NCBI GenBank assembly: GCA_041659045.1 | Contig: JBAZZB010000003.1 | Location: 28,212-92,211, forward strand | Origin: Patescibacteria group bacterium | GTDB taxonomy: Bacteria; Patescibacteriota; Patescibacteriia; SG8-24; DYFX01 | DNA: 64,000 nt | Reading direction: 5' to 3' | In this document: positions 16,819 to 26,538 of the stretch, in pieces | Numbering within the stretch: the stretch's first letter is position 1 | How the letters are laid out: every line of letters begins with the position of its first letter | Made by a program: the position numbers and the translations under genes | Notes under the pieces: model-generated | What the model was told of the DNA's origin: nothing | The model's input: the letters and a program-made list of their open reading frames with translations, nothing else | The model's database searches: none

Positions 16819-18220
16819 CAAAAATGATGGACTCGGGTGCCGTGACAAAACCTTGCGCTGGCGAGCCGGAGCGGACAATCGATTGCGCATCGGCCCAGGC
16901 ATAGCCACAGCGCTGACCGGCGAGGTCATACAGCGCATACACGGCTTTGCCACCCAGTTCACGACTGAGCGGATCAAACGCACGATAACCGACCAACGCA
17001 CCATCCGTATTCGTGACGGCTCGACAACGAAGCGCGCGTCCACGCTTGCCATAACAGAGAATGGCCGCAGGGCGCTTCCCGTGAGGCGCAGCGCGTAACA
17101 GCGCGTCACCAGGACGAAAGGCGTCCGTACGAAGCTCAGCAGACTCAATTCCCAATGCTTCCGAAAATGAAACCGTCTCGGCGTCGGGATGAGCGCGCAG
17201 TGTCTCCGCAAGAGCTTCGGCCATCAAGCGTTCCGCTTCGGCCGAGCGTGGATCATTCGCGTGTCGTTCCAAGGCATCCGCAGCGTCCGAAGCCGCGACG
17301 TGTGAGAAGCGTTCGTGCCAACGTTCAGGCAAACGAAACGCAACCGTTGAAGCCGCCTGTTGTTGCGGCACGTACGGCGCACTGCTCCCCCGCCCGGTAA
17401 CCGCGCCGGCGGCTGCGGCTCCAAACCGACGCACGGCCTCGGCATCGTATCCATCCCAAAGTCCGAGTCGCACGCCATTCTGCTCTTGCACAGCATTTTT
17501 CAACGCCGTGAGAGCAGATGTTTCTTTCTTGGGTTCGGACGGTTCCGAACGCACCAAAGACGACGCCGCCGCACCCAAAGCCAAGGCAATCGAACGATGT
17601 TGATCGTGCGCGCAAAGCTCCTCTCCTTTCAACACGACCGCCGCCGCGAGTGTGCGCAGTGCCGCTCCTTCGCGAGAATCTCCATGTGCGCGAGCGTTTC
17701 CGGCAAAATGCCCAAGCAGCGCGTGAAGCTTTTTTTCCCAAATAGACACGCCGCCGTTCTCGCGTCGAAGCGCTTCTTGCCGAACTTCCGCTTCAGGAGT
17801 CAGCACTTCACGAAGTGCCAGGATCAATGCCTTGGCAACAGCCGCATCAGCGCGGTCATGCGTCTGAGGCGGTACGCGAGGCACAGAAGCCGGCGCAAAC
17901 GAGCCAAGAACTCGAACAGGAGTCCAAACACCGCGCTTCAAAAGTTCTTCAGAAGCCGCCGCGCGCTCACGCCAATCCCCTCGCGCGTGCAGCAATCGTG
18001 TCTCCACGTCGTCTTCGCTTCTCTCATCATCGAGAAGCGATACGGCGAGGCGCGCGATCCGCTCGCGTTCAAGTCGACCCGCTTCAAACAAGCGCTCACG
18101 GTCCGCGAGACGATCAACGGCGGCACGTAGCGCCGAAAGTAATTCGTCACTGTCATCTGCTTCAACGACACGGATAATGTCCGCATCAGCAAGCAAGCGG
18201 CGTACCGCCTCGGCGTTCAT
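16814..18220 (-). CDS. hypothetical protein
   Basis: Long Ala/Arg-rich ORF with an ATGA overlap to the upstream gene; no recognised motif. Confidence 0.55.
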   Translation of the reverse strand: MNAEAVRRLLADADIIRVVEADDSDELLSALRAAVDRLADRERLFEAGRLERERIARLAVSLLDDERSEDDVETRLLHARGDWRERAAASEELLKRGVWTPVRVLGSFAPASVPRVPPQTHDRADAAVAKALILALREVLTPEAEVRQEALRRENGGVSIWEKKLHALLGHFAGNARAHGDSREGAALRTLAAAVVLKGEELCAHDQHRSIALALGAAASSLVRSEPSEPKKETSALTALKNAVQEQNGVRLGLWDGYDAEAVRRFGAAAAGAVTGRGSSAPYVPQQQAASTVAFRLPERWHERFSHVAASDAADALERHANDPRSAEAERLMAEALAETLRAHPDAETVSFSEALGIESAELRTDAFRPGDALLRAAPHGKRPAAILCYGKRGRALRCRAVTNTDGALVGYRAFDPLSRELGGKAVYALYDLAGQRCGYAWADAQSIVRSGSPAQGFVTAPESIIFE

Positions 18221-18573
18221 AGATGTAATTCGTCGCGCAAACGCTCGGCGCGTTCCAAACATTCTCGCCCAAACCGATCAAGGGCCGTCATCACGCGCGT
18301 CTGCGCGTCCGGAACCCGAATATCAAAAAATGCGATAAGCTCATCTTCGCTTGCGCCCTCTTCCGCCATCTTACGGAACGCTTCAAGCGAATGCGGATCG
18401 ATCGCGTGCATCAATTCAAACCCAACGCGCCTCTGTGCCTCGGCCGTCAGTGCCGCAACCGTTTCGGCGCGCTCTTCCGCAGGTGCATGCGCGAACCCGG
18501 CCTTGGCAACCAAGGCTTCAACATAGGCGCGAATCGGGTCGTGCGCGAAGACGGAAACGAGCGGTGGGTTCAT
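18217..18573 (-). CDS. small helical protein (DUF5663-like, common in CPR)
   Basis: Pattern LV..AG....P.EER...L......RV...L...EL..FF...VPD; TATACT ends 8 nt before ATG. Confidence 0.65.
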   Translation of the reverse strand: MNPPLVSVFAHDPIRAYVEALVAKAGFAHAPAEERAETVAALTAEAQRRVGFELMHAIDPHSLEAFRKMAEEGASEDELIAFFDIRVPDAQTRVMTALDRFGRECLERAERLRDELHL

Positions 18574-18670
18574 ACCTGAACAGTATAAGGCAAAAACGAC
18601 CTCAAGCGAAGCTCCCAGGAGGATCTTGCTCTCTGGAGAGGCCTATGCTACACTTTGGCAGTCAAAAAAG

Positions 18671-18748
18671 GGGCCAGTAGCGAAGCCCGGTTATCGCGTC
18701 TCCCTGTCACGGAGAAGGTCGCGGGTTCGAATCCCGTCTGGCCCGCCA
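18671..18748 (+). tRNA. tRNA-Asp (GTC)
   Basis: Cloverleaf: acceptor GGGCCAG/CTGGCCC, anticodon arm TCTCC-CTGTCAC-GGAGA, TTCGAAT T-loop, encoded CCA. Confidence 0.96.
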
Positions 18749-18870
18749 GAGAAAGATCCTCAGAAATGGGGATTTTTCTTTTGTATACCAGAGACGCGAT
18801 GACGAGGACGTGGCTTTTCTTGGAGATTTCGCGCACATAAAAACCGCTCCCAAGAGGAAGCGGTAGCGGC

Positions 18871-19797
18871 TCATTCGCCGCCAAAACCGGCGGCATAGAG
18901 CGTGCGTGCGTGCGCCATTCTCGCATCATGCGGTTTGCGTTCTCCAGTCATGGCATTGAAAGACTCTTTTGCGTCACCTCGTCGCAAGATGAAGACTCTC
19001 CCGCGACCGTCAGGATCACGCTGTACTTCATCAAAAGCCTCGTCGGGTACGCGGAGGCCGTCTTCTCGGCGCACCAGAAACCATGAGGCTTCTTTTTGCG
19101 CGATCGTGAAGGCTTCGTCGGCGTCGGCAGAATGCACTTCGTCGTAGGCAAAGGCCCCGACCTTCTGACCCTGGGCGTTGATCAAGACCCAACCATCTGG
19201 CTCGCGCACCCAGGCGCAACCCTTGTAGAAGTCGCAGGCGTCGTCGTAGCTTTTGCGCCACGCCCGTTGCCCCGAGGTATTCAAGAAAGCGAAGCGAGAG
19301 CCGATGCGAACAAGTGCCAGTCCGGAATCGCTGAAATCGTAGGCGTTGGTAATACCTCGCAATCCCCTCAACTTGCCGTCGGCACCAAGCAGCCGCCACG
19401 TGCCGCCTTTCTCCACCCAACGCACGTCGTTGTATGGTTCGATGCTGATGCGATCGAACGTGCCAATGATCGTGCCGTCGGGCATCACCGCCGTACGAGG
19501 CACAAGATCGTCCTCCGGACTTCTTGACCCGATCCAGACAATAGGACCCGGACCATCTTTGTGACCACGATGATTGCCGGCGAGCACTGCTTCGGCAATC
19601 TCTCGTCCACGCACATCAATCAACCAAGAACGATGATCGTGTTTGTCCGTCACTTCGGCAATGCACGCCTCGCTCAAGACCGCCGCCCATCGATACGGGC
19701 CGCCGATACGCTTTCCTGAGGCGTCGTTGTGGTACCAGTATTCGCCCTGTAGAACGAACAGTGTCGATCCGAATGGCTCACTTTTCTTGTTCTTCAT
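18871..19797 (-). CDS. WG-repeat (WG_beta_rep-like) protein
   Basis: Repeats such as AYDFSDSGLALVR....AFLNTSG and YDDACDFYKGCAWVR...W.LINAQG. Confidence 0.7.
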   Translation of the reverse strand: MKNKKSEPFGSTLFVLQGEYWYHNDASGKRIGGPYRWAAVLSEACIAEVTDKHDHRSWLIDVRGREIAEAVLAGNHRGHKDGPGPIVWIGSRSPEDDLVPRTAVMPDGTIIGTFDRISIEPYNDVRWVEKGGTWRLLGADGKLRGLRGITNAYDFSDSGLALVRIGSRFAFLNTSGQRAWRKSYDDACDFYKGCAWVREPDGWVLINAQGQKVGAFAYDEVHSADADEAFTIAQKEASWFLVRREDGLRVPDEAFDEVQRDPDGRGRVFILRRGDAKESFNAMTGERKPHDARMAHARTLYAAGFGGE

Positions 19798-19932
19798 GGA
19801 AAGACCTTTCTGTCGTGCTGCGTGCCAGACTAGCAGTCATGATCCCCCTTGGCAATGCGGCGCTCATGCACAACACCATGTCCTTACCACACCTACATTG
19901 TGCGTTTCGTCCAAGTGATCGCCGCTTGAACG

Positions 19933-19961
19933 AAAAACGAGGCCTAAGCCTCGTTTTTTTT
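19933..19961. terminator. bidirectional intrinsic terminator
   Basis: AAAAACGAGGC-CTAA-GCCTCGTTTTTTT. Confidence 0.75.
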
Positions 19962-20223
19962 ATTTGCCGGTCGCCCAGACTTTCAGCGTCTCGTAGTCAA
20001 CCGCGCCACAGAGTTTCGCGCCGGTTTCTTCGTTAACGAAGAACGGCACGCCGCCGCACATGTTCTCCGCATCCTTCTGTCCGCGCAGCTTGTTATTCGC
20101 TTCGTCGTGCCAAGTCTCAAGTTTTTGAACCTCGACGCCGAGTTCCTTTTCCAGCTGTTCGACAAGCGGCGCCATGCGGACGCAGTGTGGGCATTCTTTA
20201 CCGTAGAATTCGAGGAGGGCCAT
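19960..20223 (-). CDS. thioredoxin-like protein
   Basis: FYGKECPHC active site and GVPFF cis-Pro motif. Confidence 0.88.
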   Translation of the reverse strand: MALLEFYGKECPHCVRMAPLVEQLEKELGVEVQKLETWHDEANNKLRGQKDAENMCGGVPFFVNEETGAKLCGAVDYETLKVWATGK

Positions 20224-20324
20224 GCGGATGCGTAATGAATCTTATCCACACGGTATCCCAGACACGACTGGACGGCAACCGCGCGCACCGATACGGTAGG
20301 GATACCACCAGAAGGAGGCTCGCC

Positions 20325-20792
20325 GTGAGCATGGACAAGCTTTTCAGCCAATTCGCCAGAGCGACCGAGCCGAACGATCGCAAGCTCTACCTGTCGAGCG
20401 TTCTGTATTCGCTCTTTCACCTCGTTGTCATGTGGTACGTCTACGTGCGCGGCGTCCACACCGCGCCGTACGCGCTCGTGATCGTACATATGGTTTTCGT
20501 CGGCGTGCTCTATGCCCTGCCGAAGGAGATCCAGCGCTGGCACAACGGCACGACATCAAGCGCGCCAAAAGCCGGACACCTCCTCGTACTGATCTGGCTC
20601 CTTAGTTTCATCGCCATGTGCATGATCCAGCTCTGCAGCGATGGCGCCTACCGGCTCCCCGAAGGCATGACCGAGATGACAGCCTTCCTGATCGTCGCGC
20701 TCGGACTGACGCACGCGTCGAAACGCAAGCACGAGCTCAAACACGGACCGTGTCCGCCACCGAACGGCACAGACGAAAAAACCCCGACCTAA
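20325..20792 (+). CDS. hypothetical membrane protein (~4 TM)
   Basis: SD AAGGAGG ends 6 nt before GTG 20325 (alternative ATG 20331); four hydrophobic helices. Confidence 0.7.
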   Translation: MSMDKLFSQFARATEPNDRKLYLSSVLYSLFHLVVMWYVYVRGVHTAPYALVIVHMVFVGVLYALPKEIQRWHNGTTSSAPKAGHLLVLIWLLSFIAMCMIQLCSDGAYRLPEGMTEMTAFLIVALGLTHASKRKHELKHGPCPPPNGTDEKTPT

Positions 20793-20834
20793 TCCCACGC
20801 CGCCAAGGCTCTGTGGGACGCGCGTCGGGGCTTT

Positions 20835-21983
20835 TTATGACTTGGCCGATGGTAGCTTGACCGTGAACGTCGTCTCCTTGCCCGGCACGCTCTTGAAAGA
20901 AATCGCGCCGTTCATACCCTCAACGAGACGCTTCACGATGAACAGGCCGAGACCGCTTCCTTCAACACCGCTTGAAGCCTTCGCACGCCAGAACTTTTCA
21001 AAGAGGTGCTTCTGCTCCTCAAGCGCGATACCCGGACCATCGTCGACGACGTCGTATCTGAGGTACGGTTCCTCACGCGCAATGCGGATACGCACGCTAC
21101 CACCTTCTTTGTTGTACTTCACAGCGTTCGAGACGAGGTTTACGAGCACTTCGTCGACGCGTCGATCGTCGGCCAGCGCCATCGGCACGAGTCCATTCGT
21201 CTCCTCGATCACCAGCGACACCTTTTTCTTGGCGGCAATCGGCTCGATCTCTTTAACAATACCCTTGGCCGCGTCAAGTAAATTCACGAACTCTTTCTTG
21301 AACGGAATGCGCTTAGAGTCGAGGCGTGCCATGTTCAGCAAATCTTCCACCAAAGTCGCGAGATTTTTGCTTGCAGAAACAGCGTCTTCAAATGCCTGGC
21401 GAATCTCCGCGTTCATGCGACGATCGGCAATTGATTCAAGACTCCAACGAATCGAGGTTACTGGCGTACGCAATTCATGCGCCGCCACGAAAAGAAATTC
21501 GTCTTTGAGCTTCAAGACTTCCGTCTGACGCTCAATCTCTTTCTTTTGAGCATCTTCGAGCGCACGCGTACGCTCTTTTACTTTGTTCTCCAAAGACTCG
21601 CGCTCCGTCCTAAGCGCGGCCGCCATCGCGTCAAAACGTTCGGCCAGAACCTGCAATTCGTCGCCGGTATTAACCGCGAGATGCAGATCAAGGTTCCCCT
21701 TCATAATTTCCTCTGTACCGCGCGTCAGCTGAGCCACCGGACCAAAGATGCGGGTGATCACCAAGTAGGTGAAATAACCGGCCAACACCAACGTTGAAAT
21801 CAAGATGATTGCGACGAGGTTTTGGCGATCGAGGTTCAAGATATGCGTGAACGTCTGCTCGTCAATAATAATCTGCGTGACGATCATGTACGTCACGATG
21901 AGCAGAATTTCGAAGAAGATGACCGTACCGGCCACCTTGAGTCCGATGTTCGGATGAATTTTCAAACGTTCCCGAAGGCTCAT
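20835..21983 (-). CDS. HAMP-domain sensor histidine kinase
   Basis: 2 TM, HAMP, AHELRTP H-box, NLVSNAVKY, DDGPGI, GSGLGL. Confidence 0.95.
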   Translation of the reverse strand: MSLRERLKIHPNIGLKVAGTVIFFEILLIVTYMIVTQIIIDEQTFTHILNLDRQNLVAIILISTLVLAGYFTYLVITRIFGPVAQLTRGTEEIMKGNLDLHLAVNTGDELQVLAERFDAMAAALRTERESLENKVKERTRALEDAQKKEIERQTEVLKLKDEFLFVAAHELRTPVTSIRWSLESIADRRMNAEIRQAFEDAVSASKNLATLVEDLLNMARLDSKRIPFKKEFVNLLDAAKGIVKEIEPIAAKKKVSLVIEETNGLVPMALADDRRVDEVLVNLVSNAVKYNKEGGSVRIRIAREEPYLRYDVVDDGPGIALEEQKHLFEKFWRAKASSGVEGSGLGLFIVKRLVEGMNGAISFKSVPGKETTFTVKLPSAKS

Positions 21984-22005
21984 ACCCCTTCAGTATAGCA
22001 TTGTT

Positions 22006-23442
22006 TCAAGGCAGCTCGCGGATTTCGACGCGATCGGCCAGAGAACCGATCGGATCGCCCCCAACAACGACAATTTTATCACCGGAAGCAGCCAAGCCGA
22101 GCGCGATCACAGACTTCGTCACTTCTTGAAAAAAATCTTCGGCATCCTTGGCACGCTTCTGTAAGACAGGCAGCACACCCCACGAAACACTCAACTGCCG
22201 CCTTACCCGAGCATTGTCCGTCGTCACGAGAATCGGCATTTCAGGGCGGAAACGACTGACCACGCGTCCAAGGTCCCCATGCGCAGAGGCGACGACAACC
22301 AGTTTTACGTCAACATCCCGAACGAGTACGTTCGCGATTTCAGAAACAGCCTCTTCAACAGAGCGAGCATCGCCACGTCGATGATCGACATCAAGATTAT
22401 CAAGCGTCGAATTTTCCGTTTCCCGGACGATTCGGGCCATCATTTCCACCGACTCAAGAGGGTGCGCGCCTCCGGCTGTTTCGCCGGAAAGCATGACGGC
22501 GTCTGCGTGATCGATAACGGCATTCGCGACATCCGACACCTCCGCTCGCGTTGGTCGCGGATTACGGATCATCGAATCAAGCATCTGTGTTGCCACAATG
22601 ACGGGCTTCGAAGCCGCGCGGCATTTCGACACAAGCTGCTTTTGCACGATCGGCACGCGTTCGGGAGCCATTTCAATGCCCAAATCCCCTCGCGCGACCA
22701 TAATCACGTCAACCGCTTCGATAATTTCATCCATGCAATTGACCGCCTCGCGCTTCTCGATCTTCGCCACAATGCGGATTGATGCTTCTTGCGGCGCGCG
22801 CGCGAACGATTCGGCTCGCGTGATCATCTCGCGGAGCTCAATGATTTCTTTCGCGGAGCGCACGAATGAGAGCGCAATAAAATCAACACCTTGAGCTACG
22901 CCGAATTCCAAATCCGCTTTATCCTTTTCCGTAATCGGTGAAATCGATAGCTTTGAATCCGGAAAATTCACGCCCTTGTGAGACGTGAGCAAACCGCCGT
23001 CAATCATTTCGCAAATAACGTCGCGTCCTTTAACCTCTAGCACCTTGGCCGACAACAAACCGTCGTCGAGCAGAATACGTTCTCCCGCCTTCACGTCCTT
23101 GTGCAGGAATTCGTAGGTGACAGGCAATCGCAAATCATCGACCGCCGATTCCCCCGTCGTGAACGTCACGCGTGCGCCCGCTTTAAGTTCAATCCCCTCT
23201 TTCGGCAGCACGCCAGCTCTAATTTTCGGACCTTGAAGGTCTTGAAGAATCGCGATCGGCTCGCCGAGCTCGTCCGCCGCGGCGCGGATTTTACGAATCA
23301 GTTCAGCGTGCTCTTCGTAGGTGCCGTGGGAAAAGTTCAGACGCGCGACGTTCATACCCGCGCGTATCATGTTCGAAAGCATCTCCGGTGAGGAGGAGGC
23401 GGGTCCGATCGTGCAGACAATTTTCGTGCGTTTGAATGTCAT
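22006..23442 (-). CDS. pyk: pyruvate kinase
   Basis: TKIVCTIGPAS, RLNFSHG, DLQGPKIR, MVARGDLG, ATQMLDSM, MLSGETA. Confidence 0.98.
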   Translation of the reverse strand: MTFKRTKIVCTIGPASSSPEMLSNMIRAGMNVARLNFSHGTYEEHAELIRKIRAAADELGEPIAILQDLQGPKIRAGVLPKEGIELKAGARVTFTTGESAVDDLRLPVTYEFLHKDVKAGERILLDDGLLSAKVLEVKGRDVICEMIDGGLLTSHKGVNFPDSKLSISPITEKDKADLEFGVAQGVDFIALSFVRSAKEIIELREMITRAESFARAPQEASIRIVAKIEKREAVNCMDEIIEAVDVIMVARGDLGIEMAPERVPIVQKQLVSKCRAASKPVIVATQMLDSMIRNPRPTRAEVSDVANAVIDHADAVMLSGETAGGAHPLESVEMMARIVRETENSTLDNLDVDHRRGDARSVEEAVSEIANVLVRDVDVKLVVVASAHGDLGRVVSRFRPEMPILVTTDNARVRRQLSVSWGVLPVLQKRAKDAEDFFQEVTKSVIALGLAASGDKIVVVGGDPIGSLADRVEIRELP

Positions 23443-23448
23443 AGGTGG

Positions 23449-24675
23449 TTACGGCGCGTCCGGCAGCACGCCGAGCGTGACCGGAATGACGCGTTCGACT
23501 CCGTCGCGCAAAATACGCACTTGTACGACGTCCCCCGCCCTCTTCTTAGCGATCACGGTGGACAACGGGTGTTCAATTTCCAATCGGACTCCGTCAACAT
23601 CGAGCAAAACGTCGCCCGCCTTGAGTCCAGCCTTGTCTGCTGGAGAATCATGCACGATCGCTGCGCCATCACCCTGTGTCGTTCCGCCGACCAACAACGC
23701 GCCATACCCTACTTCAAGACCGTTACGCTTCGCAGTTTCCGCCGTCAGCATCGAGTAGCGTACGCCCAGCCACGGCCGGACAATCTTGCCGTGAACTTTC
23801 ACACTCTCGATCACGATCTTGACGGCATTGATCGGAATCGCGAATCCGATCGATTGTCCGGAGCGATTGATGGCCGTGTTTACACCAATGACTTTTCCTT
23901 CAAGATCCACGAGCGGTCCGCCGGAGTTACCCGGGTTAATCGCGGCATCCGTCTGCAAAGCCTCTTCGAGCACCTCCGACTCTCCAGAGCCGTTTCCCGC
24001 GATCACGCGGCGGTTGATGGCAGAGATGACGCCTTTCGTAACGGAGTTGCGATATTCCGACAACGAGTTACCGATGGCGATAACGGTTTCGCCCGGCGAG
24101 AGCACATCTGAGTCTCCGAGCGGAGCGACCGTGAGCCCTGTCGCCTGAACTTTCAAGACGGCAATATCAAGAATGGAATCTCGCGCCAAAACGGTGGCTG
24201 GGAGAATAGTGCCGTCGGAAAATACGACTTCGTAGTCGGCTTCGGTATCGGCAGCGACATGGCGGTTCGTAAGGATGAGACCGTCTTCAGAAATAACAAA
24301 GCCCGTGCCTCCGCCGATTTCCTGTTTTTGCCCGGGCACAGTCGGTGCTTGAGGGATTTCAAATCCGAAATAGCCGAGCGGGCCGGTGGTTTCGTACAGT
24401 TTAGAAAGATCTTTTTTAACCACGACGCTCACAACCGCCGGCGACACTTCGCGGACCGCGTCGATCACGCGGCGATCTTCGGCTGACACCGGTTGTCGCG
24501 CAACAGCGGCAGCGGGATCAGCCGTTTCGCGCCACGGATAATACTTTTGATTCAGAGAAACGGCGAAGAGGACGCCAAACGCGGCACCGGAAAAACTTCC
24601 CAAAAGAAAACTCGCCACAATGACGTACGTCAGCGGATTGCGGCGTTCACTTTTCTGCGCGGACGTATCCTCCAT
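23449..24675 (-). CDS. htrA: HtrA/DegP-family serine protease with PDZ domain
   Basis: TM anchor, GGTGF, TNRHV, QTDAAINPGNSGGPL, C-terminal PDZ. Confidence 0.93.
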   Translation of the reverse strand: MEDTSAQKSERRNPLTYVIVASFLLGSFSGAAFGVLFAVSLNQKYYPWRETADPAAAVARQPVSAEDRRVIDAVREVSPAVVSVVVKKDLSKLYETTGPLGYFGFEIPQAPTVPGQKQEIGGGTGFVISEDGLILTNRHVAADTEADYEVVFSDGTILPATVLARDSILDIAVLKVQATGLTVAPLGDSDVLSPGETVIAIGNSLSEYRNSVTKGVISAINRRVIAGNGSGESEVLEEALQTDAAINPGNSGGPLVDLEGKVIGVNTAINRSGQSIGFAIPINAVKIVIESVKVHGKIVRPWLGVRYSMLTAETAKRNGLEVGYGALLVGGTTQGDGAAIVHDSPADKAGLKAGDVLLDVDGVRLEIEHPLSTVIAKKRAGDVVQVRILRDGVERVIPVTLGVLPDAP

Positions 24676-24683
24676 AGTCCGTA

Positions 24684-25148
24684 TCAGCGTTTTTTCTTGG
24701 ACTTGGCCAAATGTTCGAGCGCGTCCTGGAACGTTTTCACGTCCTCAAAGGCGCGATAGACCGATGCGAAGCGAATATACGCGACCGTATCGACTTGCTT
24801 CAGGCGATTCATGACGATCTCTCCGACTTCGCGACTCGTCACTTCGTTCTTCTTTCTCTTTTGCAAATCTCGTTCCACCTGATTCACGAGATCCTTGAAA
24901 ACCTCAGCCGTGATCGGTCGTTTTTGGATGGCCTTGCGGAGTCCAGACTCAAGCTTCTCGCGCATGTAGGTTTCGCGCTGGCCGTCGCGCTTCACGACCG
25001 TGAGATCGAGAATTTCGCTTTCTTCGACAGTCGAGAAACGGAAATGGCACTTGAGACATTGCCGACGACGACGAATGCTCATCCCACCTTGTGACAGGCG
25101 GGAGTCAACAACTTTGGTGTCTTTGTGGTTGCACGCAACGCACCTCAC
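24684..25148 (-). CDS. nrdR: transcriptional repressor NrdR
   Basis: CxxC...VVDSR...RRRRQC zinc ribbon, ATP-cone, AYIRFASVY. Confidence 0.97.
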   Translation of the reverse strand: MRCVACNHKDTKVVDSRLSQGGMSIRRRRQCLKCHFRFSTVEESEILDLTVVKRDGQRETYMREKLESGLRKAIQKRPITAEVFKDLVNQVERDLQKRKKNEVTSREVGEIVMNRLKQVDTVAYIRFASVYRAFEDVKTFQDALEHLAKSKKKR

Positions 25149-26431
25149 AGCATCTTCTTCCGAATGAAGGCGGGGATGTCGAGCTCTTCTTCTTCAGCGG
25201 CCGTGCCGGCCGGTTGCGGTACCGGGGAGGTGCCGCGGAAGCGCTGAGGCTCCGGTTCGAGCGACTTGATACGCTTCGGCATAGCCGAGGCGCGCGACGG
25301 ATCAAATACCGGTTGTGGTTGGGGCTGAACTTGAGGCTTCACTTCAATCGGGCGCACGGCGGCCACGACCGGTTTTTCCTCGGCAGGTTTCGTAGCAAAA
25401 ATAGAAGGCTTCGAAGCGGGGGCAATTGAACCAGCCGAGAGAATACTCTTCATCGACGTGGTCATCTGTGAACGCTCCTGGTTGTCAAAACCCGTCGCCA
25501 CGACAGTGACTTTGATCTCGTCTTTCATCGATTCATCAATGACCGCACCGAAGATCACCTTGGCGCCCTCGTCGGCCTTCTCTGTAATAACAGCGGCCGC
25601 GTCGGCGACTTCTTTCATGCCCAGGCTCGGACCGCCCGTGACGGTAAACAAGATGCCGCGCGCGCCATCGATCGAGACCTCAAGAAGAGGGCTCGCGATC
25701 GCCTGCTTCGCAGCTTCGATCGCGCGGCCTTCTCCGGCACCGCGACCGATACCCATGAGAGCTGAGCCTTGGCCGAGCATGATCGCCTTCACGTCGGCAA
25801 AGTCGACGTTGATGAGGCCCGGCACGGTGATAAGTTCGCTGATACCTTGAACGCCTTGGCGCAAGACGTCATCGACAATTTTGAAGGCGTCGAGAAGCGA
25901 CGTCGTTTTATCGATGAGACCGAGAACGCGGTCGTTCGGAATCGTGATGATGGTGTCGAGACGATCTTTCAATTCCTTGTAACCGGCCTCCGCGACGTCG
26001 CGGCGCTTCGCACCTTCAAACGCGAAGGGGCGCGTAACCACAGCGACGGTGAGCGCGCCGAGGTCACGAGCGATTTCCGCCACGACCGGCGCCGCACCCG
26101 TACCCGTGCCTCCGCCGAGTCCACACGTCACGAACACCATGTCAGCGTCCTTGAGCGCTTCGCGGATTTCGTTGGCGCTCTCTTCGGCGGCGCGCTTGCC
26201 CATTTCAGGATCCATGCCTGCGCCAAGGCCGCGCGTAACGGTTTTTCCGATATGCAACTTCACAGGCGCGTGCGAGTGATGCAGCGCTTGAACGTCCGTG
26301 TTAACGGCGATGAATTCGACACCGCGGATTTTCGACAAAATCATGCGGTTGACGGCGGAGTTGCCCGAACCGCCGACGCCGACGACTTTGATCTTCGCGA
26401 ATGTTTCTACCGCGGGTTTGACTTCGCCCAT
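25145..26431 (-). CDS. ftsZ: cell division protein FtsZ
   Basis: GGGTGTG signature, INVDFAD, C-terminal DIPAFIR. Confidence 0.99.
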   Translation of the reverse strand: MGEVKPAVETFAKIKVVGVGGSGNSAVNRMILSKIRGVEFIAVNTDVQALHHSHAPVKLHIGKTVTRGLGAGMDPEMGKRAAEESANEIREALKDADMVFVTCGLGGGTGTGAAPVVAEIARDLGALTVAVVTRPFAFEGAKRRDVAEAGYKELKDRLDTIITIPNDRVLGLIDKTTSLLDAFKIVDDVLRQGVQGISELITVPGLINVDFADVKAIMLGQGSALMGIGRGAGEGRAIEAAKQAIASPLLEVSIDGARGILFTVTGGPSLGMKEVADAAAVITEKADEGAKVIFGAVIDESMKDEIKVTVVATGFDNQERSQMTTSMKSILSAGSIAPASKPSIFATKPAEEKPVVAAVRPIEVKPQVQPQPQPVFDPSRASAMPKRIKSLEPEPQRFRGTSPVPQPAGTAAEEEELDIPAFIRKKML

Positions 26432-26538
26432 AGTGGCGCTGCGCGCGAGTGGTTATAAATCTTCTCTTTCAGCGTACATAAAAAAATCCCCTTTCTCAAG
26501 GGTCTTTGAACACGATTATTGTTCACCTTATGCCCATC

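Noticed and set aside
20242-20250. oriC suggested by a DnaA box and by parAB in the window
   Set aside because: Only one box, no cluster or AT-rich unwinding element, no dnaA gene, and I did not spot a canonical parS.
14848-20792. Prophage or integrative element around tRNA-Asp
   Set aside because: No integrase, phage structural genes or att-like duplication of the tRNA end seen.
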